Source of the DNA: an uncultured Gemmatimonadaceae bacterium
GTDB taxonomy: Bacteria > Gemmatimonadota > Gemmatimonadetes > Gemmatimonadales > Gemmatimonadaceae
Length of the DNA: 64,000 nt
Direction: 5' to 3'
NCBI GenBank assembly: GCA_963829055.1
Contig: CAWHHI010000004.1
Coordinates: forward strand, 608,001-672,000
A program made the position numbers and the translations under genes. Below are positions 1-12,868 of this stretch, piece after piece. How positions within the stretch are numbered: the stretch's first letter is position 1; each line of letters begins with the position of its first letter. The notes under the pieces were generated by a model, which was not told the DNA's origin, did not search any database, and saw only the letters and a list, made by a program, of their open reading frames with translations.

Positions 1-585
1 AGCGACGATGAACTCGGCAGATGGGGGTCGCGCAGGTAGTATCCAGCCCACACCGTCACAGTGGCGCCCCTCGACTCGCTCTGGCGGCCAAGCCGAACAC
101 GCTCACCTGCAAGGCTCGTCGGGCCACAACGGGGACGCTCCGGTTCGCTGATTCAATCAAGTGGTCCGATGGTTCCTGAGGGTGCGGTCGCCCGCATCAT
201 GCACGCGGCGCGCCGCCTACCGAGACGTGGAATTGCGCCTCAAGGGTACACGGTGACGAGGGCATGTAGTAATGTCGCAACAGCTGGCCTCACCGTTGCG
301 ACTTCCGTGCAACGGACGCTCGAGAACGAGGCAATGTCCCGTAATTTCCGAATGTGGCCGCGTACCGTCCTGGCTATCTGGCAGGACTGCCGAGCCTGTG
401 GTTCCCAAGCCGACACGACGATAATATCAGCCGACGGATCTCCCCGGCTATCAGCCCGCCAGCGGCTCGCCTGACGCGCTGACACTCGTAACGACTAATA
501 CCCACCACCTGGTGTATTCAACGCCTCGGTATTGCCGCGCCACATCAGACGCCCTTGCTAGCGATTGCCGTGTGGCGGGCGCGAC

Positions 586-2340
586 GTGACCGGCGGCGCT
601 GAACGCCACGACTCGGAATCGCCGGCCTCACAACAGCGTCGGCCACTGCGCGTGGCGCTGCTGATCGACTCGTTCGATCAACCAGCCTGGGTCGCAACGA
701 TGATCGACGACATTGCGACGTCGGACGTCGCGGTCGTCACGCTCATCATCCGCAACGCCGCGGAACCGGCGACTGCGCCCGTGCGCCCGTCCCTGCTCAA
801 GCGCGCGAGGCAATGGGTCCGCAATAGACACAGCCTCCTGTTCGCGCTGTACGAGCGGGTGGATCAGCGGAAGTTCGGAACGGCGGATGATCCACTTCGG
901 AACGTAGACGTCACCCCACGCCTGCGAGATGTGCCGGTCATCGAGGCCGCACCGCGCCAGACGAAGTTTTCCGACTATCTCAGCGACGCCGACGTCGACC
1001 GCGCGCGCGGCTACGACATCGACGTCGCGCTCCGGCTCGGCTTTCGGATCCTGCGTGGTCGCGCGCTCGAGATCGCGCGATACGGCGTTTGGTCATATCA
1101 CCACGGCGACAACCTCGTGAACCGCGGTGGTCCGCCGGGTTTCTGGGAAGTGATGGAGGAGGACGCGACGACCGGGTCAGTGCTGCAGATCCTCTCGGAG
1201 GAGCTCGACGCCGGCGGGGTGATCTATCGCTCGCAAGCCGCAACCTCGCCATTCTCGGTCACGAAGAACCGAACGGGCTACTTCTGGAAGATCCTCCACG
1301 TTCGTACTCCGAAAGCTTCGCGATCTCCATGCCGAAGGGGCCGGAACGCTCGTCGACCCGCACCCGCACGCTGGTGCGCCGCAGGCGTATAGTCGCCGTC
1401 TGTATGTCACGCCGACAACCGGGAGCTCACGCCGCACCTCGGCCGGCTCGATCACTCGTTATGCGCGCGAGAAGTGGCGAGGCATGACGGAGCGGGATCA
1501 GTGGGCGCTTGGCGTATCGCTTTACGCCCAACGCGCCTGACCGGCGACGTGCCGGACATGGCGCCGTTTCGCTTTCGGTAGCTCGTCCCCCCGATTGACC
1601 GATTCTGGGCGGACCCGTTCCCAATGCATATCGACGGGCGCTACTACGTGCTGTTCGAGGAGCTCGAGTTCGAATCGCCGAAAGGCCGGATCTGCGGCAT
1701 CGAGATCGGCCCCGAGAGGGCCTGATCGGCGAGCCGGTTCGGTGCTCGAGCGCGAGTTCCATCTCTCGTACCCGTACACGTTCGAGTGGCGCGGCGAACG
1801 TTTCATGATTCCCGAGTCGGTGGGCAACCGCAGCGTCGACCTCTACCGCGCGGTCAACGCGCCGTACGAGTGGAAGTTCGACCGCACGCTGCTCGCCGAC
1901 GTCTCGCTGCTGGACGCGACGGTCGTCGAGATCGAAGGGCGCTGGTGGATGTTCGCGGCCAGCGTGACGCGCGGCGGCTCACGTTGCGATGAGCTCGAAC
2001 ATCTACTACGCCGAGTCCCCGCTCGGGCCCGTGGACGCCACACAAGCGTAACCCTGTCGTGTCCGACGTACGGCACGCGCGACCCGCGGGGCGTCCGTTT
2101 CAGGTCGACGGTCAGTGGTACCGCCCGGCGCAGAACTGCTCGCGCCGCTACGGCTACGCGATCACGCTCCGCCGCATCGTTCGCCTCGACCCGAACGAGT
2201 TCGTCGAGGAGACCGTCACGTCGCTCACGCCCGACTGGGACCCGCGCGTGATCGCGACGCACACGATCAACGCCGTGGACGGTCTGACGCTGATCGACAT
2301 GCAGCTCCGACGCAAGTCGTCGGTAGCGCAGTCGCGGAGA
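586..2340 (+). CDS. Formyltransferase-like N-domain + beta-propeller protein (glucosamine-inositolphosphorylceramide-transferase-like family, common in EPS loci); frameshifted
   Basis: Joined fragments: LRLGFRILRG..GVWSYHHGDN..RGGPPGFWE..LDAGGVI; then WADPF, HLSYPYTF..FMIPES, ARPAG, RPAQNCSRRYG, HTIN. Ends approximate. Confidence 0.65.
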
Positions 2341-2342
2341 GC

Positions 2343-4257
2343 TCAGTCGCGGAACACCTCGAGCGCCAGCTCCACCTTCCCGAACGGCGCCGACACCTGC
2401 ACGCCCTGCACGGCGGCCGCGCACGCGGTCGAGCATCTCGCGCGCGATCGCGATCCCTTCGGCCACCGCGTGCTCCTTCGACTTCTCGCTCGCGCGTCGC
2501 ATCCGCGTCGATCACGCTCTCCGGCACGCACGACGCCCGGCACCTCGTTCGCCAGGAACTCCGCGTTGCGCACGCGACACGAGCGGCCAGATGCCGGCGA
2601 TGATCGGAATGCGCGCGTGCCTCGGTGCGACGGAGGAAGCTTCTCGAGCTGCGCGACGTCGAACACCGGCTGCGTGATCGGCGAACTCCGCGCCCGCTTC
2701 GACCTTCCACGCGAAGCGCTTGAGCTCGTGCTCGAGATCGATCGGCGCCGGGTTCACGCCGACGCCGATCACGAACTGCGTCGGCGCGCCGATCGGGTTG
2801 TCGCCCGGATCGCGGCCGTGGTTCAGGTTGCGCACGAGGTTCGTGAGCCCGATCGCGTCGATGTCGAAGACCGCGGTCGCGCTCGGGTACGGCCCCATCT
2901 TCGGCGGATCGCCGGTGATGAGCAGCAGGTTGCGCAGCCCGATGGCCGACGCGCCCAACAAGTCGCTCAGCATGCCGAGCAGGTTGCGGTCGCGGCAGCA
3001 GTAGTGCGTGACGGTCTCGATGCCGACCTGCTGCTCGATGAGCAGCGACTGGTCAGGAGCGCGCCCATGCGGCTCTGCGCGCGCGGCCCGTCGGGGACGT
3101 TCACCGCGTCGACGCCTGCGCGCTTCAGCTGCCGCGACATCGGCGAGCATGCTGCGTCGCGTCCACGCCGCGCGGCGGCACGATCTCGACGGACGTGACG
3201 AACTCGCCGCGCGCGATCTTCGCGCCGCGAAGTGCGAGCGCTGCGCGAAGCGGCACCGGCGCTGCACGTCGGGCGGGACCGGTGCCGTCGACGTCGCGCT
3301 GCACCGTGGGCTGCCGCGGCCCGATCGACCGATTCGCCGCCGCCCGGTTCGCGCGAACGCGCGGGCTCAGCGGCCGCACGCCCTCGCACATCGCGCGGAT
3401 GTGCTCCGGCGTCGTCCCGCAGCACCCGCCGACGATCTTCGCGCCCGCCTGCACGAGATGGCGCGCGTACGCCGCCATGTACTCGGCGCTCGCCATGTAC
3501 ATGCTGCGCCCGCCGACGTCGCGCGGCATGCCGGCGTTCGGCTGCGCGCTCAGCTTCTTGCGCGTCAGCGGCACCATCTTCTCGATCGCCTCGAGGATCG
3601 TCTGCGGCCCGACCGAGCAGTTGAGCCCGATCACGTCGGCGCCGAACCGGTCGAGCGCGCGCGCGACGTCCTCCGGCGTCGCGCCGTACGGCGTGCGCCC
3701 GTCGACGCCGATCGTCATCTGCGCGATCACCGGCATCGTCGGATCGACGTCGCGCGCGGCGCGCGATCGCCTGGCCGATCTCCTGCGAGGTCGCCGAACG
3801 TCTCGAGGAGGAAGCAGATCGGCGCCGCCCGCCTTGAGCGCCTTCATCTGCTCGCGGAAGATCGCGCGCGCCTCGTCGACGCGACGTCGGGCCGTACGGC
3901 TCGATGCGAACGCCGAGCGGCCCGACCGCGCCGGCGACGAGCATGGTCGTCGCCCGCTACGTCGCGCGCGATCCGCGCCGCCGCGCGGTTGATCTCGCGC
4001 ACCTGCGCCTCGAGCCCGAACTGCGCGAGCTTCACGCGGTTCGCGCCGAAGCTGTTCGTCTCGAGCACCTCCGCGCCCGCCTTCACGTACGCGCGGTGCA
4101 CCTCGCGCACGAGGTCGGGCGCGCGGACGTTCAGCTCGTCGTAGCACTGATTGATGAACACGCCCTTCGCGTACAGCATCGTCCCCATCGCGCCGTCGAA
4201 CAGGACGAGCGCTCGGGATCGAGCAGGCGCGTCAGCAGCGTCGGCGCGGGATGTCAC
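2343..4257 (-). CDS. yitJ: Bifunctional homocysteine S-methyltransferase / methylenetetrahydrofolate reductase (YitJ-like); frameshifted
   Basis: FDGAMGT, GLNCSVGP, QPNAGMP, IVGGCCGTTPEHI followed by an MTHFR domain (SVEIVPP, VNVPDGP, HYCCRDRN, ITGDPP, KVEAGAEF). GTG start overlaps the metH stop (GTGA). Confidence 0.88.
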
Positions 4258-7200
4258 GCCGCCGATTCTCCAGCTGCCGCGGTTGCGGTGATGCTGATGG
4301 CTGCTGGCCGCTGGCTGACGGCTGCACCGTCCGCCGCCGCGCGCACGGCGTAGTACTTCGCCTGCGGATGGTGCACGATCAGCGCGGCCGTGCTCTGCTC
4401 GGGAATGAGCTGGAACGCCGACGTCAGCTCCATGCCGAGCGCCTCCTCGGCCGGCAGCAGCTTGAACAGCTGCGCGTGATCCTCGAGATCCGGGCACGCG
4501 CCATAGCCCCACGAGTAGCGCTTGCCGCGGCGCGCCCGGAATCCCGAGCTCGCGACGGATGCGACGGTGCATCCACTCCGCCACCGCCTCCGCGGCTTCG
4601 ACCGCGAGGCCGTGCGAGTAGAACGCCTCGGTGTACTCGCCCGCGCGCCTGCAGCTCCTCGAACCGGCGCGTCGCCTCGTCGCCGACCGTGACGATCTGG
4701 AGCGCCACGACGTCCACGTCCGCCGACTGCGTCGACGCGGAAGTAGTCCGCGAGGCAGAGCCGCTCGCGTCCTTCCTGGCGCGGGAAGTGGAAGCGCGCG
4801 ATCTCGCGGAGCGACGCGCCATCGCTCTGCGTACGCCGCCGGGTCGTAGACGATGAGATCGTTGCCGTCGCTCTGCACCGGGAAGTAGCCGTACACCGCC
4901 TGCGGCTGCGAGCCAGCCGTCGCGCTTCGCCTCCGCCTTCAGGCGCTGCGAGCGTCGGCTCGAACTCCTCGCGCACGGTCGCCTCGTACTGCTCGCCCGA
5001 GCCGCGTCCGCCCCACTGCAGGCGGATACAGCTCGTCGAGGTCGAGCAGCTCGAACACCTCGTCGAGCGGAATGTCGCGCACGCACGCGCGTGCCGAAGA
5101 ACGGCGCGCGCGGGAACGGCGTTGTCGTGCGCGCACGTCGCTGCGCTCGCCGCCGCTGATCGCCGGCCGCGATGTCCTTGCCGACCGTGCGTGCGGAGGA
5201 ACACGTCGCTGCGCGCCGCCTCGAGCGACTCGCGCGATCGAACTGCCGCGCGACGATCGGCGTCCTGGAGCACGTCCATCGTCTCGAGCCCCTCGAACGC
5301 GTCCTTGCAGTAGAACACGCCCGACTCGTACGCGCGCTCGCCGTCGACGAACAGCGCGCGCCGCCCGAAGCGGCGGTTGATCGCCGCGCCGCCGATCAGC
5401 ACCGGGATCTGGATGCCGCGCTTGTCGAGCTCCTGCACGCAGAGCGGCATCTGCTTGCGTCGTGCTCACGAGCAGCGCCGAGAGGCCGATCGCGTCCGCG
5501 CCCACCTCGAGCGCCTTCTCGATGATCGTGTTCACCGGCACCTGCTTGCCGAGGTCGAACACGGTGTAGCCGTTGTTGGAGAGGATCGTGTTGACGAGCG
5601 ACTTGCCGATGTCGTGCACGTCGCCGTACACGGTCGCCAGCACGACCTTGCCCTTGGTGTAGCCCTCTGCCTTCTCGAGGAACTGCTCGAGATGCTTCAC
5701 GGCCTTCTTCATCACCTCGGCGCTCTGGAGCACGAAGGGCAGGATCAGCTCGCCGGCGCCGAACTTGTCGCCGACGTCCTTCATCGCCGGCAGCAGCACC
5801 TCGTTCAGCACGCGCACCGGATTCTCGCGCACGCCGGCCGCGTCGAGCGCCGTCCTCGATGCCTTCCTTCTTCCGGTGCAGGACCATCCAGTGGACCCGC
5901 TGCCTCGGGCGTCATGCCCTGCCGTCGGATCCTCCTTCGTCCTCGCGTCCCGACTTCCCGTCCCGCAGTCCCGCGAAGTGCTTCGATGAACCGCTGCAGC
6001 GCGTCGGGCGCCGGTTGAACACGAGATCGTCCGCCAGCGCGCGCTCGCTCGTCGCTGATCTCGACGTACGGCGTGATGTGCGCCGGATTCACGATCGCCG
6101 CGTCGAGCCCCGCCTGCACGCAGTGGTGCAGGAACACCGAGTTGAGCACGTGCGCGCGCCTCCGGCGTCGAGCCCGAAGCTCACGTTCGACACGCCGAGG
6201 ATCGTGAAGACGCCCGGCAGCTCGCGCTTGATGAGCCGGATGCCCTCGATCGTCTCCTTCGCGCTGTCGATCCACTCCGCGTCGCCCGTCGCGAGCGTGA
6301 ACGTGAGCGCGTCGTAGATGAGGTCCTCGGCGGCGAGCCCGTACTCGCCGACGACGATGTCGTAGATCGTCGCGCGCGACCTCGAGCTTCCGCTCGCGCG
6401 TCTTCGCCATGCCGACCTCGTCGATCGTCAGCGCGACGAGCGCCGCGCCGTGCTTCTTCGCGAGCGGCACGACGGCGTCGATGCGCTTGCGGCCGTTCTC
6501 CATGTTGATGGAGTTGATGATCGCGCGGCCGGGCACGTGCTCGAGCGCCGCCTCGATCACGGACGCCTCGGTCGAGTCGATCATGAGCGGCGTCTCGACG
6601 CTCATCGAGAGCAGCTTCACGAGCTTCGACATCTGCTCGGCTTCGTCGCCGCGCTCGGTGAGCGCGACGCAGACGTCGAGCACGTGCGCGCCCGAGTCCA
6701 CCTGCTCGCGCGCGACGTCGAGGATCCCTTCGTAGTCGTCGGCGAGCAGCAGTCGCTTGACCTTGCGCGAGCCCTGCGAGTTGACGCGCTCGCCGACGAG
6801 CAGCGGCGCCGGCTCCTGGTGCAGCGTGATCGCGCGCATCGCCGACGACACGCGTGGCACCGTGCGCGCAGTCCGTGCCCGTCGCCCGCTTCGGCGGCTC
6901 CGCCGTTCGCCGTTCCCTCCACGCGCCGCACCGCTTCGACAATCGCGGCGAGATGCTCGGGCGTCGTGCCGCAGCAGCCGCCGACGATCCGCACGCCGAA
7001 CTCCTTCACGAACTCGCGCAGCGCGCGCGCCATCGGCTCCGGCTCGAGCGGATAGACCGCCTCGCCCGCGCCCGTGTTGAGCGGCAGGCCCGCGTTCGGG
7101 ATCACCGAGATCGGATGCGACGCGTGCTCGCGTCAGGAAGCGCACCGGCTCGCGCATGTGCTCCGGGCCCGTCGAGCAGTTCAGCCCGATGCACGTCGAC

Positions 7201-7913
7201 GCGCAGCGCCTCGAGCGTCGTCATCGCGCTCGCGATGTCGGTGCCGAGCAGCATGCGGCCGCTCGTGTCGAGCGTGACCTGCGCCTGCACCGGCACGCGG
7301 CGACCCGAGCTCGGCGAACAGCCGCTCGAAGCCGGTGAGCGCCGCCTTCACCTCGAGGATGTCCTGCGCCGTCTCGACGAGCAGCACGTCCACGCCGCCC
7401 TCGATGAGGTACTTCGCCTGCCGGTAGTAGTTCTCGCTCAGCTCCTCGAAGGTGATGTTCGAGAGCACCGGATCGCTGCTCGACGGCAGCATGCCCGTCG
7501 GCCCGATCGAGCCGGCGACGAAGCGCGGCCGCTCCGGCGTCGCGATACTTGTCGCACGCGGCGCGCGCGAGCCGCGCCGCCGCGACGTTGATCGTCGCGG
7601 ACCTTGTCCTCCAGCCCCCACTCCTCGAGCCGGCGCGGCGTGGTCTGGAACGTGCACGTCTCGACGACGTCGCAGCCCACGGCGAGGAACGACTCGTGGA
7701 TCGCCTGGATGACGTCGGGGCGCGTGAGGACGAGGTTGTCGTTGCACCCCTCCAGCGCCTTCCCGCCGAAGTCGTCCGGCGGTCAGGTTGTAGCGCTGGA
7801 TGTTCGTGCCCATCGCGCCATCGAAGACCAGCACGCGCTCGTTCGAGGGCGTCGAGGTAGCGCGTGTCGCGATAGGGAAGTGCGAGTCGGCGGTCGTGCG
7901 CGGTGTCGGTCAT
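4254..7913 (-). CDS. metH: Cobalamin-dependent methionine synthase; frameshifted
   Basis: Hcy domain (FDGAMGT, PNAGLP, GGCCGTTPEH), pterin domain (VGERVNSQGS, LMIDST, INSINMENG), B12 motif GDVHDIGK, activation domain RYSWGYGACPDL..PEQST. Confidence 0.95.
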
Positions 7914-7925
7914 GTGTTCGAGGCA

Positions 7926-7959
7926 ACGAAAACGGCCCGGATGCGTGAGCGCCGGGCCG
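7926..7959 (-). terminator. Putative intrinsic terminator in the metH leader
   Basis: Minus strand CGGCCCGG-11 nt loop-CCGGGCCG followed by TTTTCGTT, between the SAM-II aptamer and the metH ATG. Confidence 0.55.
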
Positions 7960-7962
7960 GCG

Positions 7963-8010
7963 CTTTAGCAGTTGTTTTACGTGGCCGCAATTTGCCTCAA
8001 ATCGCCACGA
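7963..8010 (-). ncRNA. SAM-II (SAM_alpha-like) riboswitch
   Basis: Minus strand CGTGGCGATTTGAGGCAAATTGCGGCCACGTAAAACAACTGCTAAAG matches the SAM-II pattern CGUGG-GAUUU..UUGC.GCCACG..AAACAA..GCUAAA; directly upstream of metH. Confidence 0.85.
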
Positions 8011-8119
8011 TGCTGTTGTCCGCCGCGAAGCTTCGCGTACGACGACCGGCTATGCATACATAGCCGTCGCTCTCTGGAGACGGCAAGCCGAATGCCGTCC
8101 GGTCGAACCGGCACCGGAC

Positions 8120-8526
8120 TCAGCTATGCCGCCCGATCTTCCGGCGGCGTGTCGCGGCGACCCGGCCCGACGCCACCGCGCGTTCGGTAAGTCGTTGCAC
8201 CATCGTGATCAGGCGCTGGCGCTCCCACGGCAGGAGCAGATCGGCGAGCGTCAGGCGCTGCACGCTGGCTGGAAGCGCGGGTGTCGGCCTCTCCGTCGTG
8301 CCGATACAACACAACCGCGCATCCCGGCGGCAGTCGAAGGCGGAGGAACTCGGGATCGGCGGCGCAGCTGACGTTCGACCAACGCGACCAGCGGCTGGAT
8401 CTCCTGAGCACCGCCGCCGCCTCCGCGATGGAACGCACGACGTGGGCCGTGCCCCGCCACAGCGAGCGCCTGCGCGATACCTTCGAGCACGCTCTCGTCC
8501 GAGCCGATCACGAGCGACGTCGTCAT
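8120..8526 (-). CDS. Hypothetical protein, weakly receiver-domain-like; frameshifted
   Basis: MTTSLVIGSDESVLEGIAQALAVAGH... joined to ...LTLADLLLPWERQRLITMVQRL; coupled to the DUF167 gene. Confidence 0.5.
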
Positions 8527-8851
8527 TCGTTCCGTCCTCCTGCGTGCTTCGTCGGCGAGCCGTTCGACGGCCGCCGCTGAAACGCCATCGACTTCGATCG
8601 TCTTCGTTCGACTCGTCGCACCAGTCACGATGCGCACGCCTCGCCGAGGAACCGACAGGCGATCGGCCAGGAAATGCAACGAGCGCCTCGTTCGCGGCGC
8701 CGTCGACCGGCGGCGCGTGAAGCCGAACGCGCAGCGCGCCGTCTAGCACACCCACGATCTCGTTCCGCGACGCGCGCGGCTGGAGCCGCACCCGAAATCG
8801 TACGCCCGTCCCCGCGAATCCACCGTGAGCAGGCTCACAGACGGCGCTCAA
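8523..8851 (-). CDS. DUF167 / YggU family protein
   Basis: VRLQPRASRNEIVG..LRVRLHAPPVDGAANEAL..IVTGATSRTK; one frameshift. Confidence 0.85.
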
Positions 8852-9435
8852 CTATCCAGCCCGACAGTAGCGAAAGAATGAAGTACGCGACGAGCGGCGT
8901 CAGGTCGAGCATGCCACCAACCGGCGGAATGAGCTGACGCAGCGGCCGCAGAAACGGCTCGGTCAGCGCGTACGACCAGCGGACCCACCATGCCGACGGC
9001 GACGTGCGCACCCATGACATGATCACGCGCGCGAACAGCGCGATCTGCAGGATCCCGAAGATCCAGTTGAACGACGAGCCGCAGCAACCCACGCGGACCC
9101 GGTCGCCGCCGCGAACGCGATCGATTCCACCTGCGCCTCGGATGAAACCGAGCAGCCAGAGGACGAGGATCCCGCCAACGACGACGGCGGCGAGCGCCCA
9201 CCAGGGCGCATTCGATGGAATGCCACCGCCGCGAACGATGCGTCGCTCGATCGGGCGCCATGAGCGGATCGATCGATCCGCGAAAGAACCGCGCGACGCC
9301 GAGAACGGGCTGATCCGCCGCGTCCGCACCGCCCAATCGATGGCGCAGACCGCGGCTGCCGACCACCGCCGAGGCGAGGAACGCGATGCGCGCGATCGCG
9401 ATGACCGTGTCGAGCGTGGCGAGAAAGACGTTCAC
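8835..9435 (-). CDS. yggT: YggT family membrane protein
   Basis: ARVIMSWV..LTEPFLRPLRQLIPPVGGMLDLTPLVA; adjacent to DUF167. Confidence 0.85.
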
Positions 9436-9574
9436 ACGCGAAGTGTGATCGGCGCGAGTCGGGACCGAGCAAGTGGTTTAAGCGCACGAGTCTTTCCAAC
9501 ATCATTACACGGGAACGCCGTGCTGGCACTGTCCAGCGGCGCCAGCTTACGCTCAACCCGACGCAATCCCAATC

Positions 9575-10648
9575 ATGTACCTCGTTACTGGCGGCGCCGG
9601 CTTCATCGGATCGGCCGTCGTCCACGCGCTTGTGCGTCAGTCGGCGCCGCGTCGTGAACGTCGACAAGCTCACGTACGCTGCCAACCTGGACTCGCTCAG
9701 CCGACGTCGAGGCGCGACCCGCACTATCACTTCGAGCGCGGTCGACATCTGCGAGCGCCGACGCGATGCGCCGGCATCTTCGAGCGATATCAGCCCGACG
9801 CCGTGCTTCATCTGGCGGCGGAGTCGCACGTCGACCGGTCGATCGACGCGCCGGCGGATTTCGTTGCGCACGAACATCGTCGGGACGTTCAGTGCTCCTC
9901 GGCGGAAGCGCGTCGGTACTGGGACGTCGCTTCCTGACGATCGCGCGCGCGCTTTCGGTTCATCCACGTTTCCACCGACGAGGTTTACGGCTCGCTCGGT
10001 GCGACGGGCCACTTCAACGAACACTCGCCCTACGACCCCAGCTCGCCGTACTCGGCCAGCAAGGCCGGCGCGGATCATCTCGTACGCGCCTGGCATCGAA
10101 CGTACGGGTTGCCCGTGATCGTCACGAACTGCTCGAACAACTACGGACCGCACCAGTTTCCGGAGAAGCTGATTCCGCTCACCATTCTGAACGCACTCGC
10201 GGCGCGGCCGATCGACGTGTACGGACGCGGCGAGAACGTTCGCGACTGGCTCTACGTCGACGATCACGCCGACGCGCTCCTCGCCGTTATGGAACGTGGC
10301 GCGTCGGCGAGACGTACGCCATCGGCGCGCGCGCAACGAGCGCCGGAACATCGATGTGGTGACAGCAGTCTGCGGATCCTCGATGGAGCTGCGGCCTCGG
10401 CGCGCGAGGCGCGCCGCTATCGGGAGCTGATTCGCGTTCGTGGCTGACCGGCCCGGTCACGACCATCGCTACGCGATCGATCCCACCACGATCGAGCGCG
10501 AGCTCGGCGTGGCGACCGACGCGACTCGTTCGAGTCCGGCGCTTGCGCAAAACGGTGCGATGGTACCTCGAGAACCGTGCTGGCTGGGACCGCTGCTCGA
10601 GCGGCGGCTACCGCGGCGAGCGCCTTGGTCTCGGCACGGCGCGCATGA
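9575..10648 (+). CDS. rfbB: dTDP-glucose 4,6-dehydratase; frameshifted
   Basis: [71 protein letters not shown]. Confidence 0.93.
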
Positions 10649-11519
10649 AGGGGATCGTTCTCGCGGGCGGCACCGGGTACGCGCCTGTATCCCGTCACGC
10701 GGTCGGTCAGCAAGCAGCTGTTGCCGGTGTTCGACAAGCCGATGATCTACTATCCGCTGTCGACGCTGATGCTCGCCGGCATTCGCGACATGCTCGTCAT
10801 CTCGACGCCCGAGGACCTGCCGCGCTTCCGCGAGCTGCTGGGCGACGGGTCGCAGTGGGGCGTGACGCTGTCGCTACGCCGAGCAGGCGGTGCCTAACGG
10901 GTTGGCTGCAGGCGTTCGTGATCGGACGCGAGTTCATCGGAACGGATCGTGTCGCGCTCATCCTCGGCGACAACCTGTTCTACGGCGGCGGGCTGCGGCG
11001 CCATGCTCAAGCGCGTCGCGCAGCGCTCGTCAGGCGCGACCGTCTTCGGCTACACGGTGCGCGATCCGCAACGGTACGGCGTCGTCGAGATCGGCCGCTG
11101 ACGGCCGGCCATCGACATCGTCGAGAAGCCGGAGCACCCGCGATCGAACTACGCGGTCACGGGCCTGTACTTCTACGACAACGACGTGATCGACGATCGC
11201 CGCCGGCCTCACAGCCGTCGCGGCGCGGCGAGTACGAGATCACGGACGTGAATCGCGAGTACCTCCAGTCGTGACCAACTCAACGTCGAGCTGCTCGGTC
11301 GCGGAATGGCGTGGCTCGATACCGGAACGCACGAGTCGCTGCTCGACGCGAGCGAACTTCATCGAGGTGATCGAGAACCGGCAGGGACTCAAGATCGGTT
11401 GCGTCGAGGAGGTCGCGTTTCGCTGCGGGTTCATCGACGTCGATCAACTCGCTCGCATGGCGGAGCCGCTGCGCCAGACAGCCTACGGACAGTATCTGTT
11501 GCGCGTCGCGTCGGAGTAG
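10645..11519 (+). CDS. rfbA: Glucose-1-phosphate thymidylyltransferase; frameshifted
   Basis: [63 protein letters not shown]. Confidence 0.93.
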
Positions 11520-11534
11520 TCGACTGCGCCATGC

Positions 11535-12868
11535 TCAGCGCTGAGCGAACGCGGCTCGCGCCGGCAGCGCGGTTTCACGCGCGACTGCGGCCACACGCCG
11601 GAGTACGAGAGCAACGAGCCAGCCAAGCGCTACGCCGGCAAACACCGCCGCCCACTCCCACCAGCCGCCGAAGGCGGTGCCGGCGACCAGCGGCGCCACC
11701 ACGAACGCTAGCGTGACACTGGCGAGCAGCGCCGCACCGATCACGGTCGCTGTCGGTCGATGCCCCACGGGACGGTTGCGCGCTGGCACCGCCGCTGCCC
11801 ACCAGAATCCGATGGGCACCACGAGCGCGATCATCCAGAGCGCCGCGATCCACCGCGTGCCGCCATCCAACGGCAATGTCGAATGGGGAGAGCACAATCC
11901 ACCCCAGAGATGGCGACAGCGGCACCACCTCCTCGCGAGACTCGGTTCCCGCCTGCACGCCGGCGACGAGCGCACGATCGCGATGCTCGCACGTGAGGCG
12001 CACGAGGTCCGGATGCGCGCCGCTGGAAACCCGCAGTGCGTCTCTGAGAACAATGCGCGGCGACCGGAAACGCAGTTGCGCTGAGCGTGTTTTCTGAAGG
12101 CACGTGAGGTCCCAACCGCGCTGCTCGAGGGCGAATGGCTGGGTGATCTCTTCCGAGATGCGGACGATTACCGAGCGCCGCGGTTCGAGCCCGTCACGGT
12201 CGATCGTCGCCGTCGCCCGCCACGCGTCGCTCATGAGACGGCGGTCGAGCCCGAGCGATGTCGACGGAAAGCCTAACGGCAGATCGATGCCGTTGATGTC
12301 GAACGCGAGCAGGCGACCGGTGAACGGTTCGTAGCCCGAGCGCGGCGGCAGCCACTGGACCCACAACGAACGCGGCACGAATGCGGGCCCGAGTGCCCAG
12401 GTCGTCGCGGCGCAGGTCGCCGCGAACACCGCGCACCACGCAAGCGCGAGACGCGCCGCCGTCGCCGGTTCGGGGGCATAGCAGCGGTTTGCGCCGAAGC
12501 GCGAGCTCGATGCCGATCCAGCCGCCGAGTGAGTTCGACAGGATGTCGCCGAACGATGAATCACGACCGACGACGACGGCTATCTGCAACGATTCGATCG
12601 CGACGGTGGCCGCGACGCAGATCGCCAGCGGGATCCACCGGCGATTCAGCGCCAGCGCCAGCGCGAACCCGAGCGGCATGAACATGATGATGTTCGTCGC
12701 GACGTCGAGTGCGCCGAACTCGCCGCACGCGATGCACCAGAAGCTCGTGGTGATGACCGTCCACGGCGCAGGGGTGAGCGTAAAGAACGCGATCGCGATG
12801 CTCGAGATGATCGCGAGAATGGTTCCAACACGGCGGGAAGACAGGGAGCGAATGGTGGCCTCGTTAGG
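11535..12868 (-). CDS. VanZ-family membrane protein with C-terminal extension; frameshifted
   Basis: FWCIACGEFGALDVATNIIMFMPLGF..IESLQ..GRDSSFGDILSNSLGGWIG is VanZ-like; start uncertain. Confidence 0.7.

Noticed and set aside
1..560. ORFs 61..474 (+) and overlapping minus-strand ORFs
   Set aside because: No recognisable motifs and atypical codon usage; likely intergenic or the leader of a gene outside the window.
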